Of a stretch of 64,000 nucleotides of DNA, positions 38,790-48,757 are shown piece by piece. Each line of letters starts with the position of its first letter. Position 1 is the stretch's first letter. The stretch comes from a virus, in the IMG/VR virus record IMGVR_UViG_3300009678_000058; one strand, 5' to 3'. The translations under genes and the position numbers were made by a program. The notes beneath the pieces were generated by a model. It saw only the letters and a list, made by a program, of their open reading frames with translations. It had not been told where the DNA came from and did not search any database.

Positions 38790-39509
38790 TTACTGTGTCA
38801 ATTCTACTCCTTCTTTCTTAGCCTGTCTGTCAGGCATATTCAGGTTTCCGGATATGATCAGTACAGCTAAGTCAACTATTTCCCTGTGTACTGGCTTTGG
38901 TAATATACAATCCTGTGTACCTGTGAGGACTACACCATCTAATGTAGTATAAGTACCTCCTGGCCAATCAGCAGCATTGTGTATCCTTCTTGGTTCTTTG
39001 AGGTATTCAAGTATGACCTTAGTGATGCTGTAAGTACCATCAGTAAAGACCCTGATACCTTGGTCATTGAACCTCATATTTGAGACCCGCCATATAAAAG
39101 AACTTCTGTCAAATGGAGAGAGTTCATGTTCATCATCATGCTGAACCTCTCTAAGCTTGAGGACTTTATCCACACATGTTCCTTTAGTCCCCAGTGCATA
39201 AGCCTTTGCCAAGAACCAAAAATCTGCTGGCAATGTTGCCATGTAAGAAGTGCTGTCAAAGACTGTTGGAACTATTCCAGTAGCAGGTATCTGGTCTACT
39301 ACTATTGTTCTTATGTCATTAATAGTTCTCTGGTTCAGTTCAAAGCCTATCTGTTTTCCATATCTGGGTTGTGCTATGATCTTTACAAATACCTCCTGTG
39401 CCTCATTCAATTTCCAGTCTATTTCAGGTACATATAAGTTCCTGTATTTCTGACTATCAATCTTATTGAGTTTCTGCTTGAGATCATAATGCATTTCCTT
39501 TGATGTCAT
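38790..39509 (-). CDS. Ring protein (head-tail adaptor, crAss 'gene 74'-like)
   Basis: 239 aa. EMHYDLKQKLNKIDSQ...PEIDWKLNEAQ and YLKEPRRI...CILPKPVHREIVDLAV motifs. Confidence 0.75.
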   Translation of the reverse strand: MTSKEMHYDLKQKLNKIDSQKYRNLYVPEIDWKLNEAQEVFVKIIAQPRYGKQIGFELNQRTINDIRTIVVDQIPATGIVPTVFDSTSYMATLPADFWFLAKAYALGTKGTCVDKVLKLREVQHDDEHELSPFDRSSFIWRVSNMRFNDQGIRVFTDGTYSITKVILEYLKEPRRIHNAADWPGGTYTTLDGVVLTGTQDCILPKPVHREIVDLAVLIISGNLNMPDRQAKKEGVELTQ

Positions 39510-39515
39510 GCCAGC

Positions 39516-40436
39516 TTATTTATTTCCTCTTTCAAGGATAGCCACTTTCAATTTTGCATTACTGGGACTCTTGAACCATTCCACTGCTGCCTCATAATCA
39601 ATTCCTATCAGTTCTCCCATGTAATAGATACTTCCTGCCTCCTTGGTCAATATATCTCTTTGAAGCAGGTTAAGTACTGATGCCCTTACTGCCACTTCTT
39701 CCCTGCCCATGCTCACCAGTTCTGTAAATTCAAGTATTCCGGGCTGGTTAGGTTCATTGTTCTGGATGATGGCATCAATTTCCACATCAATGAAATTACC
39801 ACTTCTGCCCTTTACTGATTTCTTGGATAGTATCTGGATGATATTAGCCTTGGAATCATCACTCATTTCAAGGAGCATGGCACTTGCTTTTCTGCGAAGC
39901 TGGACTTTATTAGCCTTGGATGATACTTCTTCTTCCTCATCAAAGATCACATGGGTAGCATCAGGCCATTTACCTTCTTCATACTCCTTCATGGAGTTTG
40001 CCACCAGCTTGTTAGCCTTCATCAGCTTCACCTTCACATACTCAGCAGGTTTGCTTATGTCAAAGATCATTGTGTGATTCTGCAACATCACTGTTCCCGG
40101 CTTAGTGCTGTAGTAAGGATGAGGTTCACTTGGATTAAAGGTATCAGATAAATCTGCTCCTATTAATTTTCCATATTTGATGGCCTCGTCTTCAGTTAAG
40201 CCTGTGGCATATTTACCAGTTGTATGTTCATAAAGAGCTTCAACTGCTTTTGGCTGTGCAAAGGACTCTTTCCCTTTCTTGCCATGCCATGATTTCCTGT
40301 CCAGTGGTCTTACTTCAACTTTTATTGCTGCGGGATCAGGTATCTGTGCAGGCATTGTTGTTGAAATAATCTGTGATTGTCTTGGTCTCGCTTCAGCTAC
40401 CTGATCAAAATCTGTGATCTCATCTGCTAGTGCCAT
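39516..40436 (-). CDS. Conserved crAss-like capsid-module protein ('gene 75'-like)
   Basis: 306 aa; immediately downstream of the MCP, as in crAss-like genomes. Confidence 0.6.
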   Translation of the reverse strand: MALADEITDFDQVAEARPRQSQIISTTMPAQIPDPAAIKVEVRPLDRKSWHGKKGKESFAQPKAVEALYEHTTGKYATGLTEDEAIKYGKLIGADLSDTFNPSEPHPYYSTKPGTVMLQNHTMIFDISKPAEYVKVKLMKANKLVANSMKEYEEGKWPDATHVIFDEEEEVSSKANKVQLRRKASAMLLEMSDDSKANIIQILSKKSVKGRSGNFIDVEIDAIIQNNEPNQPGILEFTELVSMGREEVAVRASVLNLLQRDILTKEAGSIYYMGELIGIDYEAAVEWFKSPSNAKLKVAILERGNK

Positions 40437-40481
40437 AATAATTCAGTTTTTGTCGTTAATAAATGTGTTGATCTTAGTCTT

Positions 40482-40512
40482 AAAAAGAAGGTGGAGGCTA
40501 GTCTCCTCCACC
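40482..40512 (-). terminator. Rho-independent terminator after the major capsid gene
   Basis: 8-bp stem GGTGGAGG/CCTCCACC with a 7-nt loop, followed by TTCTTTTT on the minus strand. Confidence 0.75.
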
Positions 40513-40549
40513 CCTCGGAGGATATATCAAAGCAATGAAAACATAAACT

Positions 40550-42007
40550 TTAGTTACGGGACAGGATGAGTTCACCACATCTTGTCACATCTTCAATGTG
40601 GACACCACACTGTTTTTGCACATGCATTTCATAATAGTCACCGCTATGTGCCATAGAACCTTTGTTCACAGGCCCATAAGGAGTATGCAAACCATGTACA
40701 TAGCCAAGCTTGAAGCTATTTGCCCTGTCAACAAGCTGGACATTGGTGCCCATTTCACCCTTGCCATTGAAATCAAGGAAGGTGATTCTTTGAGATTCAA
40801 CAGGATAACCTGTTACAGGATCAATCTCAAAATTGATTTCCCTGTCATCATAAAGAGGGTTGTGAACCAGTTCCAGTTCAGCACCATTAGCCATGCGATA
40901 TCTTACAAATTGGAAGCCGGCAACAAGGGCATTCTCATGGTAGGCTGATGTTGTCTTGTCAATGAGAACTTTATCAACCACTTGTATAAAGCCCCTTCTC
41001 TTTTCAGACCATGATTGTATAGCCCTGTGGAATTGGATCATTCCATACTCACCACTGAAGCCTTTAATTTTTCTTGTAGCTCCGGGTTTTACCCTGCTGT
41101 AGAAGATATCCATCAGGTATTCTTCTATTAAGGGGGCAGACAGGTGAGAATAAAAGTGTTGGTGGGAGTCTTCCAGTTGTTCCTGAACACCGGGGCCAGA
41201 ATAGATTGGTCTGCCATTGGCACCAAGCACAGTGTCAGTGCTGCGGGAATACCAGTAGCCTCTTTCAATCTCCCTGTACCACTGTTCCCAGTATTCAACT
41301 TCAGCATATTTTACCCATGAATCATGCCACCTGCCTTTGCTATCCTGTATCTTGATAGCCAGCACTTCATTGGCAGCATCACCAGTTACCCTGTATTTCT
41401 TCCTGAAACGAGACATCCTGTTTTGCAAAGCAATAGGCAGGCTGTACTGAGTAGAACCAGATTGTTCAGCAGCTTCCTCATATTGAGAGTAAAGCTTGGC
41501 CCATTGCTGATTGGGAGACAGGTACTTGATTGGTAAGGAAACTGTAGGATCATCCCACATACCTCTTACTTCATAAATGAAGCCCTTACCATGTTTGAAG
41601 GATTGTGTTGTTACACGTACCTGCCACTTTTTATTACTTGACCCAGGATGGAGAATATCACCGGGAACATACCAGTCTTCATCAAGCTTCAGCTTGAAGG
41701 TCTGTTTAAATCTTCCGGGAGTTAAATTGGCAGATGGTTCAACATTCTCAATCACTATCAATGGTCTGGTGTTTGCACCCTTCATTGTCCACTCCCAGAC
41801 AGTAGTATTGATTGTCTTTTGTTGTTTGCCAGCCAGCATAGTTGTCAGGGGGTTATCTGAGTATCTCTCAGATGTGAACAACTGTGTCATCTTGGGTTCA
41901 AACACTGTTGGCTTAATGAGTAAAGCTGCACCAAGGTGGTTCAGCTCCGTCATATTAGCATGCCAAGGCATTTGCTTAGTGATTAATCTGTTTAATAGTC
42001 TTGCCAT
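40550..42007 (-). CDS. Major capsid protein (HK97 fold, crAss type)
   Basis: 485 aa. EYWEQWYREIERGYWY, GPGVQEQLE, GFQFVRY..NG.ELELVHNPLYDD and DYYEMHV.KQCGV motifs. Follows portal and scaffold; followed by a terminator. Confidence 0.9.
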   Translation of the reverse strand: MARLLNRLITKQMPWHANMTELNHLGAALLIKPTVFEPKMTQLFTSERYSDNPLTTMLAGKQQKTINTTVWEWTMKGANTRPLIVIENVEPSANLTPGRFKQTFKLKLDEDWYVPGDILHPGSSNKKWQVRVTTQSFKHGKGFIYEVRGMWDDPTVSLPIKYLSPNQQWAKLYSQYEEAAEQSGSTQYSLPIALQNRMSRFRKKYRVTGDAANEVLAIKIQDSKGRWHDSWVKYAEVEYWEQWYREIERGYWYSRSTDTVLGANGRPIYSGPGVQEQLEDSHQHFYSHLSAPLIEEYLMDIFYSRVKPGATRKIKGFSGEYGMIQFHRAIQSWSEKRRGFIQVVDKVLIDKTTSAYHENALVAGFQFVRYRMANGAELELVHNPLYDDREINFEIDPVTGYPVESQRITFLDFNGKGEMGTNVQLVDRANSFKLGYVHGLHTPYGPVNKGSMAHSGDYYEMHVQKQCGVHIEDVTRCGELILSRN

Positions 42008-42038
42008 TGTAACAAGTTTTTGTTTTATTTTAAATTAC

Positions 42039-43439
42039 TTAACCTTCTTCAAAGTAGTCTGCCATTGATCTCTTAGTATATGATCCTGAAGAGGATGGCT
42101 TCACTCCTTTTTTAGCTTCCTGTAATTTAGACTTTGTTCTCTTGACAACTTTGGTTTCAATCTCAGTTATCAGTTCATCGTCTATCTTAAAGTTATTTTT
42201 GAGGAGCTTTGCAAGGATGATTAAATCCTGCTTATCCTTTTCTGTTTCTGCTCTTAGTATCCTTGAAAGTTCTGCATTTACAGGAGGAACATACCTGTTA
42301 GGCCCTACCTTCACTGTTGCCCTGTTGATGTAACTGTTAAGCTCTTTTCTTTCAGCTTTACCAATGGGAAACATACCTACTGCCTCAGTTTTATCCAGCA
42401 CCTTAGAGAAGTCATCTTCAAAATCCCTTGCATCAATCTCTCTCTGCTTACTGGCTTTCTCCTGTGCCTTCATCAGGGCATCTTTGTTCTTATCTTCAGC
42501 AGTCTTGATCTTATCATACCATGCTTCAGCTTTGATCTTCTCCTGTCCTTTGTCCTTGATGAATTCCTTCCTGTCTTCCAAGTCTTCACCAGTTACTTTT
42601 TCATACTTGGTAAGATAGTGATTGATAACAGCATCAACCTGTTCAGGCTTGCTACTATCAAATTTATCAAGGCCAAGAGTACCAGTGACATAGACAGCAA
42701 CAAAATCTGAGGTTCTGCCACCATCCTTTTTAAATTTCAGGAAATCCTTACCATCTTGGTCAAGGTCTTTGGCATAGCCTTCAAGAGCTTCCTGAAATCT
42801 TTCATCAACTTCCATTGCTTGTAATTCAAAGAACTGGTCTTCAGTGAGCTTTGTACCCTTCTTTATCTCAATGTGTTCAAGTATTCCTTTTTCTTTCAGC
42901 TCCAGTGCCAATGTAGTGTAGAACTCCTTATCCTTCTCAATCTGCTCTTCATCTTCCTCCTCTTCCTGCTCATCAGTTTTAGCTGGTTTCTTCTTCTTCA
43001 CTACTGGAGCATCCTCATCATCATCATCTGGATCAGGTTCCTCCTCTTCTTCCTCATCCTTTTTTTTACCTCCCTTCTTAGGAGTTTTCTTTGGAGTGAC
43101 CTCTTCTTCCTCTTCTTCATCATCCTGAGCTTTTACTGATTTCTTCTTAGGAGGTGCAGGCTTGTCAGTGAAAAACTCCATGTTCTCAGGGTCTAAATCA
43201 TCCTCTTCCTCATCTGACCCCTTTGATTTCTTTTTGGGCTTTGCATCATCGAAGTTTGTAGAATCTCCAAGGTCATCATCAGGATCATCTTCTAATTCTG
43301 CGGGAGATTTCTTTACTTCTTTGATTGTCTTACTTGTCTGAGATTCAAGTTTTTCTGAGGTAATTCCGAAGAAGTCTTCAGAATCTCCATCAAATCCAAA
43401 ACCTGCCAAAGGATTTGATGCTGTGTTTGTCTTTGCCAT
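42039..43439 (-). CDS. Acidic scaffold-like protein (crAss 'gene 77'-like)
   Basis: 466 aa. D/E/K low-complexity N-half and helical C-half; between portal and MCP. Confidence 0.65.
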   Translation of the reverse strand: MAKTNTASNPLAGFGFDGDSEDFFGITSEKLESQTSKTIKEVKKSPAELEDDPDDDLGDSTNFDDAKPKKKSKGSDEEEDDLDPENMEFFTDKPAPPKKKSVKAQDDEEEEEEVTPKKTPKKGGKKKDEEEEEEPDPDDDDEDAPVVKKKKPAKTDEQEEEEDEEQIEKDKEFYTTLALELKEKGILEHIEIKKGTKLTEDQFFELQAMEVDERFQEALEGYAKDLDQDGKDFLKFKKDGGRTSDFVAVYVTGTLGLDKFDSSKPEQVDAVINHYLTKYEKVTGEDLEDRKEFIKDKGQEKIKAEAWYDKIKTAEDKNKDALMKAQEKASKQREIDARDFEDDFSKVLDKTEAVGMFPIGKAERKELNSYINRATVKVGPNRYVPPVNAELSRILRAETEKDKQDLIILAKLLKNNFKIDDELITEIETKVVKRTKSKLQEAKKGVKPSSSGSYTKRSMADYFEEG

Positions 43440-43522
43440 AATCCTGTGTAAATTTAAAGTTTGAAAGTTGAATTTATTACAGTTTAAAACTGAACTTTTA
43501 AGAAAGTTGCTTAATAGCTTTT

Positions 43523-45931
43523 TTATTTGGCTGGTGCTAACTGTTTAGAAGCCTTTTTATCTTCAATCTTAAGTTTCTCTTTATCCACATTCTTCTGATG
43601 CCTGAATTGTTCTTCCTTAAGACTCTGCTCTCTTTGCCTGATCTCAGCATCAACCCCATATTTAGCAACTTCCAGTACATCAGGTACAGTATCCTGATCC
43701 ATATCTTTATCTTCATTGAAGCCCATTGAAAGAATAGCCTGCTGTTGAATGACAGTCTTTCTTCTTTCTTTCTCCTTGGTAATGATGACATTGATCTCAT
43801 GTTCCCTGTCTATTTGTTTCTCTGCTGAGATAGCCTGCCTTGCCTGTTGTTCAGCTTCAATCCTTCTTTGTTCAGAAGCTTGGGCTTCTTCAGATTTACG
43901 AATTTGTGCAACTTCCAGTAAGTCTTCAGCCTCAGTAACAGATTCAGACCTGATAACCTTGATGATATCAGCAAGGTCAGCCTGCTGATTCTGCATAGCA
44001 GCTTGGGCTAAGCCTTCCACTGCTCTTTTGGCATCAGCAGCCTTGGAAGAATTGGATATGAACAGACCATAAGTGGAGGAATCCAGTAGTTCAGGATCAA
44101 TAGTGATCATCTTATAGGTCATATCATCAAGGATATAGACCAGCTTGCGTGGCTTGGAACCAGCATAAGCTACTTTGGCTGTCTCTACTAATCTCTCAAG
44201 GACATTGCCTTTGACAGAGTTGTGCAGCTCAAAGTAAGGCTGAATGATATGAGAGGACTGAACCAAGTTCTGCCTTGTATTTGACACTGCTTCATTAGGG
44301 CCAATCTGTGCCTCCATCTGTGGAGTGACCCCAATGCTTGTTCCACATTTATGTTCAATATATTCTGCAAATTTGATATACTGGTCAATGGATGAGGCAA
44401 GGGACATGTCAATTTCTTTCACCATGTTGGTAACATCTCCTCCTCCCCTGTTGCCTTCCTCATTGGGATTAAGCCATGCAATAGAGTTTGCCTCAAAGAA
44501 GTAAGTCCACTTATTGATATCAATACCAGCAGATTTGGGAATAGAGTTTAGGTTCATGGCCAGCTTCTTTCCTTTGTCTGAAGCCATCATCAATTCAACC
44601 CTATAGAGAATAACATCATAGAAGTACTGATATCCCTTCATCCTGTCCATTGCAGAGGTGACAGGAGAATTGAGGTTATCAGTGGTTGCACCACAGTAGG
44701 GAAGTTTGCAGACATAGAGATTGTCCAAGTCCTTATGCTGACCTGGGATGGCTCTTGCATAAACAAAGATGTCACTCATAATCTTATAGCACTCATGAGC
44801 TTCAGGTAGCCATTCCCATTCAAGGGTGATATCCCCTGCCATTTCATTGAACTTGTAATTCTCATCCACCAGCTTCATTTGCTCCCTGTTGTTCTTATCA
44901 AGATAGGTCAGGAATCCAGTTTTGCGCAGAGACTTCCATGTAGCATGGACTACCCTTATAGTATAAGGATCATTGTAATCTTCATTGAAAGTGAATTCAG
45001 CATCCCTGAGAGCAGCTCCGGGATTATGATGATAGGTGTAGATTTTATCAATATCATCTTCAGAAAGTTCAGAACCAAAGCTGGCTACTACTTCTGAAGG
45101 AGAGAGCCTGTATTCATATACTGCCCACTCTCCATCTTCAATATAATCAAGGTCAGGAGATTTATCATAGTCAAAGAATAAGGGATTAATGACTTTAAGA
45201 CAGGGTTCACCATTGAGAATACCTACCCAATATATTTCTTCTCCGGCTATCAGGGAGTGTTTACAGCCCTTATTAAACTTTTCTGCCACTTTCTCCTTGA
45301 GGATGAGGTACTCCAGAATTTGATGAGTCATGGCTTCAGCAGGGTCTTGATGATCCCTTACCATGTACTTTCTTACTTCTTCAGGAGTTTGTGCTTTGGT
45401 CTCTTCTTCTATCTGCTGTTTAAGTTGTTGTTCTTCTTCAGGGGTGAGCTTCCTTCCCTTGGTCTGAGCCATGACCTGTGCTTCAATCTGCTCTCTTATG
45501 GGTCTCATCACCTGTGATGTCACAAACTCTTTCAGCAGTTCAGTCTCCTTCTGCTCCCTTCTGGTAGTAGCATCTTCATTGACAGCTACTACCTTCCATG
45601 AGAAAGGCATCTTCATCTCCATGCCCATGAGAACTTTTATCTTTCCTGAAACTATATCCCTGTTGGTGAAATTTGCGGGGAGGTCTCCTACCTCTGAACC
45701 AAAGGGCTGACATACATAAGTGAAATCCTGTATGTCTATGATGTTATTGAATAAGTCATAGTTGACTTTCTTGCGCTTATATTCTGAGAGGCCACTAAAG
45801 GCCATGAAATTTGTACCATTAAAGGATTTAGTATCTAACAGGTTTGCCTGATCCTTATACCACTGTTTATCATTTGCATCTTTCTTTCTCTGACTTATCC
45901 TCTGTTTATTGTTAAGATACTTGGTGTTCAT
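43523..45931 (-). CDS. Portal protein
   Basis: 802 aa. NYDLFNNII, IKVLMGME, LYVCKLPYCG and MDRMKGYQYFY motifs with a coiled-coil C-terminus; directly after TerL. Confidence 0.9.
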   Translation of the reverse strand: MNTKYLNNKQRISQRKKDANDKQWYKDQANLLDTKSFNGTNFMAFSGLSEYKRKKVNYDLFNNIIDIQDFTYVCQPFGSEVGDLPANFTNRDIVSGKIKVLMGMEMKMPFSWKVVAVNEDATTRREQKETELLKEFVTSQVMRPIREQIEAQVMAQTKGRKLTPEEEQQLKQQIEEETKAQTPEEVRKYMVRDHQDPAEAMTHQILEYLILKEKVAEKFNKGCKHSLIAGEEIYWVGILNGEPCLKVINPLFFDYDKSPDLDYIEDGEWAVYEYRLSPSEVVASFGSELSEDDIDKIYTYHHNPGAALRDAEFTFNEDYNDPYTIRVVHATWKSLRKTGFLTYLDKNNREQMKLVDENYKFNEMAGDITLEWEWLPEAHECYKIMSDIFVYARAIPGQHKDLDNLYVCKLPYCGATTDNLNSPVTSAMDRMKGYQYFYDVILYRVELMMASDKGKKLAMNLNSIPKSAGIDINKWTYFFEANSIAWLNPNEEGNRGGGDVTNMVKEIDMSLASSIDQYIKFAEYIEHKCGTSIGVTPQMEAQIGPNEAVSNTRQNLVQSSHIIQPYFELHNSVKGNVLERLVETAKVAYAGSKPRKLVYILDDMTYKMITIDPELLDSSTYGLFISNSSKAADAKRAVEGLAQAAMQNQQADLADIIKVIRSESVTEAEDLLEVAQIRKSEEAQASEQRRIEAEQQARQAISAEKQIDREHEINVIITKEKERRKTVIQQQAILSMGFNEDKDMDQDTVPDVLEVAKYGVDAEIRQREQSLKEEQFRHQKNVDKEKLKIEDKKASKQLAPAK

Positions 45932-48246
45932 CAGGCTGAATGTTTAAATTGTTTCTTCATCATTTCAAGTAAGTCACTGGCATTGGATGAGCCATTATTC
46001 TCACCATGTACCTTGTTCTCTTCTTCTTCTGCTATCTGGAACATGACCATCATGAAGGACATCACCCTATCAAAGTTACCTTGTCTGTTGTAGAAGATCA
46101 ACTCTTCAAGCAATGCAGGATCATAAATAGTTTCAAGGTTAAGAACTGCATATCCATTTTCGTCATAATCACGTATATCTAATAACCACTGCTTAATGTA
46201 TTTCTCTCCTGCATCTTTAAGTTTCTCTGCCATGTGAACACCATAGACTCTTGCTACCTTGGAATTGTTGATAGCTTTAGAGATAACACCATCAGGCTGA
46301 GCAGCAAGCAAATGTAACTTTTTTCTACGTTCAAAGTATTTTTTAACATGAGTGACCTCATTCTCATGCATGATCTCTGCTCCATAAAGCTCTGCTAACA
46401 TTTCACATATCCTGTTCACATCATCAGGATCATAAGGTCTGCCTATGTACTGTGCTACTATCCTGTTGGAGCTATAACTGAACTTATGATTTGCTTTGTA
46501 AACATAGATGCTGCCTAAAGAAGGGAGGACAGAGGTTGACTGATCCTGTCTGTAAGGGTCAAAGCCCATCTTGTAGAGACCACGAGGGGCATTGGGAATT
46601 GGGTATTCATAGATGACAACAGAGCCTTTAAGGTCTTTGGTCTTTGGTTTGTAATCCCAGAGTGGCTGCAGGTATCCATCCAGATCAGGTGTTGCCTTGA
46701 TGATGTATTTCTTACCGGGGATTTTATGTCCATCATCTGTATAGGTATCTGGTTGATTGACTTCCCTTCTTTCAAGAAAGCATGCCTGCCCATATTTGAG
46801 ATGCAGGTTCTCTCTCATCACCCTGTTGTATTGATTACGCAGTTCAATTACAGGGAAGTCATTCATGGAGACCATTAAGAATGCCTCCATTGGATTGAAA
46901 GGATGCTCCTGTACTCTTTGCTGGATAGAGCCAGAGTCAGATGCATTGGCAATGATCTTTGCTCTTACTGTTTTCTCTTCCTTGGTTGCTCCTATGATAT
47001 CACTGTTTCCCTGTTCATCATAGTAGCCTTCCATGTTCCATGTAACAGGATGGAAGAAGCCACAACAGGAATTCTCTGCATCCTCATCCCATACATTGAC
47101 AAATGGCATGAGGTTATCTTCCTTGGGATGATAGAACATATCTGCATAGTCAGCAGTGCCAGATTCCATATCACCACCTGTACCAAAGATGATGATCTGT
47201 CCTGTAATATATTTACCTGCTGACAGGCTTGGTGAGGTTTTCCTGAAGCTCTCCTTAAGATTAGGGAAAGCTCCTGACTCTTCAAACAGAACTACCTTGG
47301 GGTCTTTACCTCTGGCTGCTTCAGGATTATCTGCAAATGTTATTGCCATTATCTCTGACATATAGCCTGCTTCCACTGGCATACCCTGTGCATTCATTTC
47401 CCTGAAGGAGGCCCTCTTATGTTCTGCCTTATCAACATATTCCCTTGCCTTTCCCCAAGCTGTTTTGTCATTGAGGAAGGATAGATATTCAGAAGCCATA
47501 CCCATTGTACCAGCAGGGTAGAGATATTTCTTGTCAAAAGCCCCAATGATAGTCTGAGACTTGCGAATAGTGTTGTAGACATTGGCACAGATAGCTCCGT
47601 TTTTATATGAGTAACCTTTTCTACGGGATTTACCAATGATAATGTGATGTCCTCCATCCCTCCAATCAACTTCAATGGTAAAAGGAAGAGCAAGACTTTT
47701 AAGAACTTTCTCCTCAAGGATAGTTCTGAGATCAGAGTTCTTTTTAAGTACACCATCAGGGTCAACATACTGGAAATTGGTTGTATCATTTATTTCAAGA
47801 GCATTACTAATTCTCACCCTCTCAGCTTCAAGTCTCCAGTACTCAGCTCTCTGTTCCTTAGTGGAAGGAGCTAAAGCCTCATCAGTGAACAGGCCATTTT
47901 TTGCTATCTCAATGGCCCAGAAAAATGCAAAGTCCCCATCCCAGAAATCAGGAGCTTTCACCTCCTTGATTGCTATCTTACCTCCCTTCTCCTCTGCTAT
48001 CTTGATCTGTGTGAAGTTCAAATAAAAATAGTGGTGTTGTGTTATCTTCACCCCACCACTACTGTATCCATTGATGCACCTGTCCAGCATAGTATCCCAG
48101 TACTCTGTGTACTGGTGTGAGCCTTCAGGGTCAGTACAATAGTATCCATTCTTCCTGAAGCCAATGGCCTCCTCCCTGAATACCTGTGTGTTTAACCATA
48201 CTCCCTGTTCATTCCTGACCTGATTGGTTATAAACCTTGTGCTCAC
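45931..48246 (-). CDS. terL: Terminase large subunit
   Basis: 771 aa, GTG start. Walker A region IIGKSRRKGYS, Walker B VLFEESG, coupling motif FGTGG, nuclease MGFDPY and C-terminal NFDRVMS. Confidence 0.93.
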   Translation of the reverse strand: MSTRFITNQVRNEQGVWLNTQVFREEAIGFRKNGYYCTDPEGSHQYTEYWDTMLDRCINGYSSGGVKITQHHYFYLNFTQIKIAEEKGGKIAIKEVKAPDFWDGDFAFFWAIEIAKNGLFTDEALAPSTKEQRAEYWRLEAERVRISNALEINDTTNFQYVDPDGVLKKNSDLRTILEEKVLKSLALPFTIEVDWRDGGHHIIIGKSRRKGYSYKNGAICANVYNTIRKSQTIIGAFDKKYLYPAGTMGMASEYLSFLNDKTAWGKAREYVDKAEHKRASFREMNAQGMPVEAGYMSEIMAITFADNPEAARGKDPKVVLFEESGAFPNLKESFRKTSPSLSAGKYITGQIIIFGTGGDMESGTADYADMFYHPKEDNLMPFVNVWDEDAENSCCGFFHPVTWNMEGYYDEQGNSDIIGATKEEKTVRAKIIANASDSGSIQQRVQEHPFNPMEAFLMVSMNDFPVIELRNQYNRVMRENLHLKYGQACFLERREVNQPDTYTDDGHKIPGKKYIIKATPDLDGYLQPLWDYKPKTKDLKGSVVIYEYPIPNAPRGLYKMGFDPYRQDQSTSVLPSLGSIYVYKANHKFSYSSNRIVAQYIGRPYDPDDVNRICEMLAELYGAEIMHENEVTHVKKYFERRKKLHLLAAQPDGVISKAINNSKVARVYGVHMAEKLKDAGEKYIKQWLLDIRDYDENGYAVLNLETIYDPALLEELIFYNRQGNFDRVMSFMMVMFQIAEEEENKVHGENNGSSNASDLLEMMKKQFKHSA

Positions 48247-48249
48247 TGG

Positions 48250-48654
48250 CTACCTGTTTTTAAAGCTGTCATAAAATAAAGTATTAATTTCTCTGTCTGG
48301 TGTCAATTCAATATGTTCATCAAAGACACTCTCATACTCAAGCAGCCTGTTAAGCCTTACTATGAGATTGAGGTGGATCTGTTTTGCTACTTTAGCATCA
48401 CTGCTTATGTACTCTTCCTTTGAGGTGTAGGTGCTGATGATATCATCACAGTCCCTTACCACTCTTGTTGAGTTAATGATCATCCTCCTGATCTCATCTC
48501 TCATGAAGAGAAGCTGTATCTCAAAGATGTTTAATTTAGTCCTTACCTTCTTCTCAGAAGGAGTGACATACTTACTGCTTATCAACTTTTCATAATTGGC
48601 AATGTTCTCCCACATTTGCCTGCCTTCATCTGTTAGTTCTTCTGTGTGTGACAT
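48250..48654 (-). CDS. Hypothetical protein (in frame with terL, ends in TAG)
   Basis: 134-aa helical ORF; TAG-CCA-GTG junction with terL. Confidence 0.6.
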   Translation of the reverse strand: MSHTEELTDEGRQMWENIANYEKLISSKYVTPSEKKVRTKLNIFEIQLLFMRDEIRRMIINSTRVVRDCDDIISTYTSKEEYISSDAKVAKQIHLNLIVRLNRLLEYESVFDEHIELTPDREINTLFYDSFKNR

Positions 48655-48671
48655 AGTATATGTTTTTAGGT

Positions 48672-48746
48672 TGGAGTCCAGTACTGGATTTGAACCAGTG
48701 TCCCAGGTTTTGCAGACCTGTGCTTTAGCCCCTCAGCCAACTGGAC
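48672..48746 (-). tRNA. trnC: tRNA-Cys (GCA)
   Basis: Minus strand: acceptor GTCCAGT/ACTGGAC, anticodon arm CAGGT-CTGCAAA-ACCTG, T-arm ACTGG-TTCAAAT-CCAGT, U discriminator, encoded CCA. Confidence 0.93.
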
Positions 48747-48757
48747 ATGTTAGGTGA

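Noticed and set aside
45931-48246. Intein or group I intron in terL, portal or MCP
   Set aside because: Lengths are ordinary for crAss-like homologues; I saw no intein-terminal HN-C/S/T junction or homing-endonuclease motifs.
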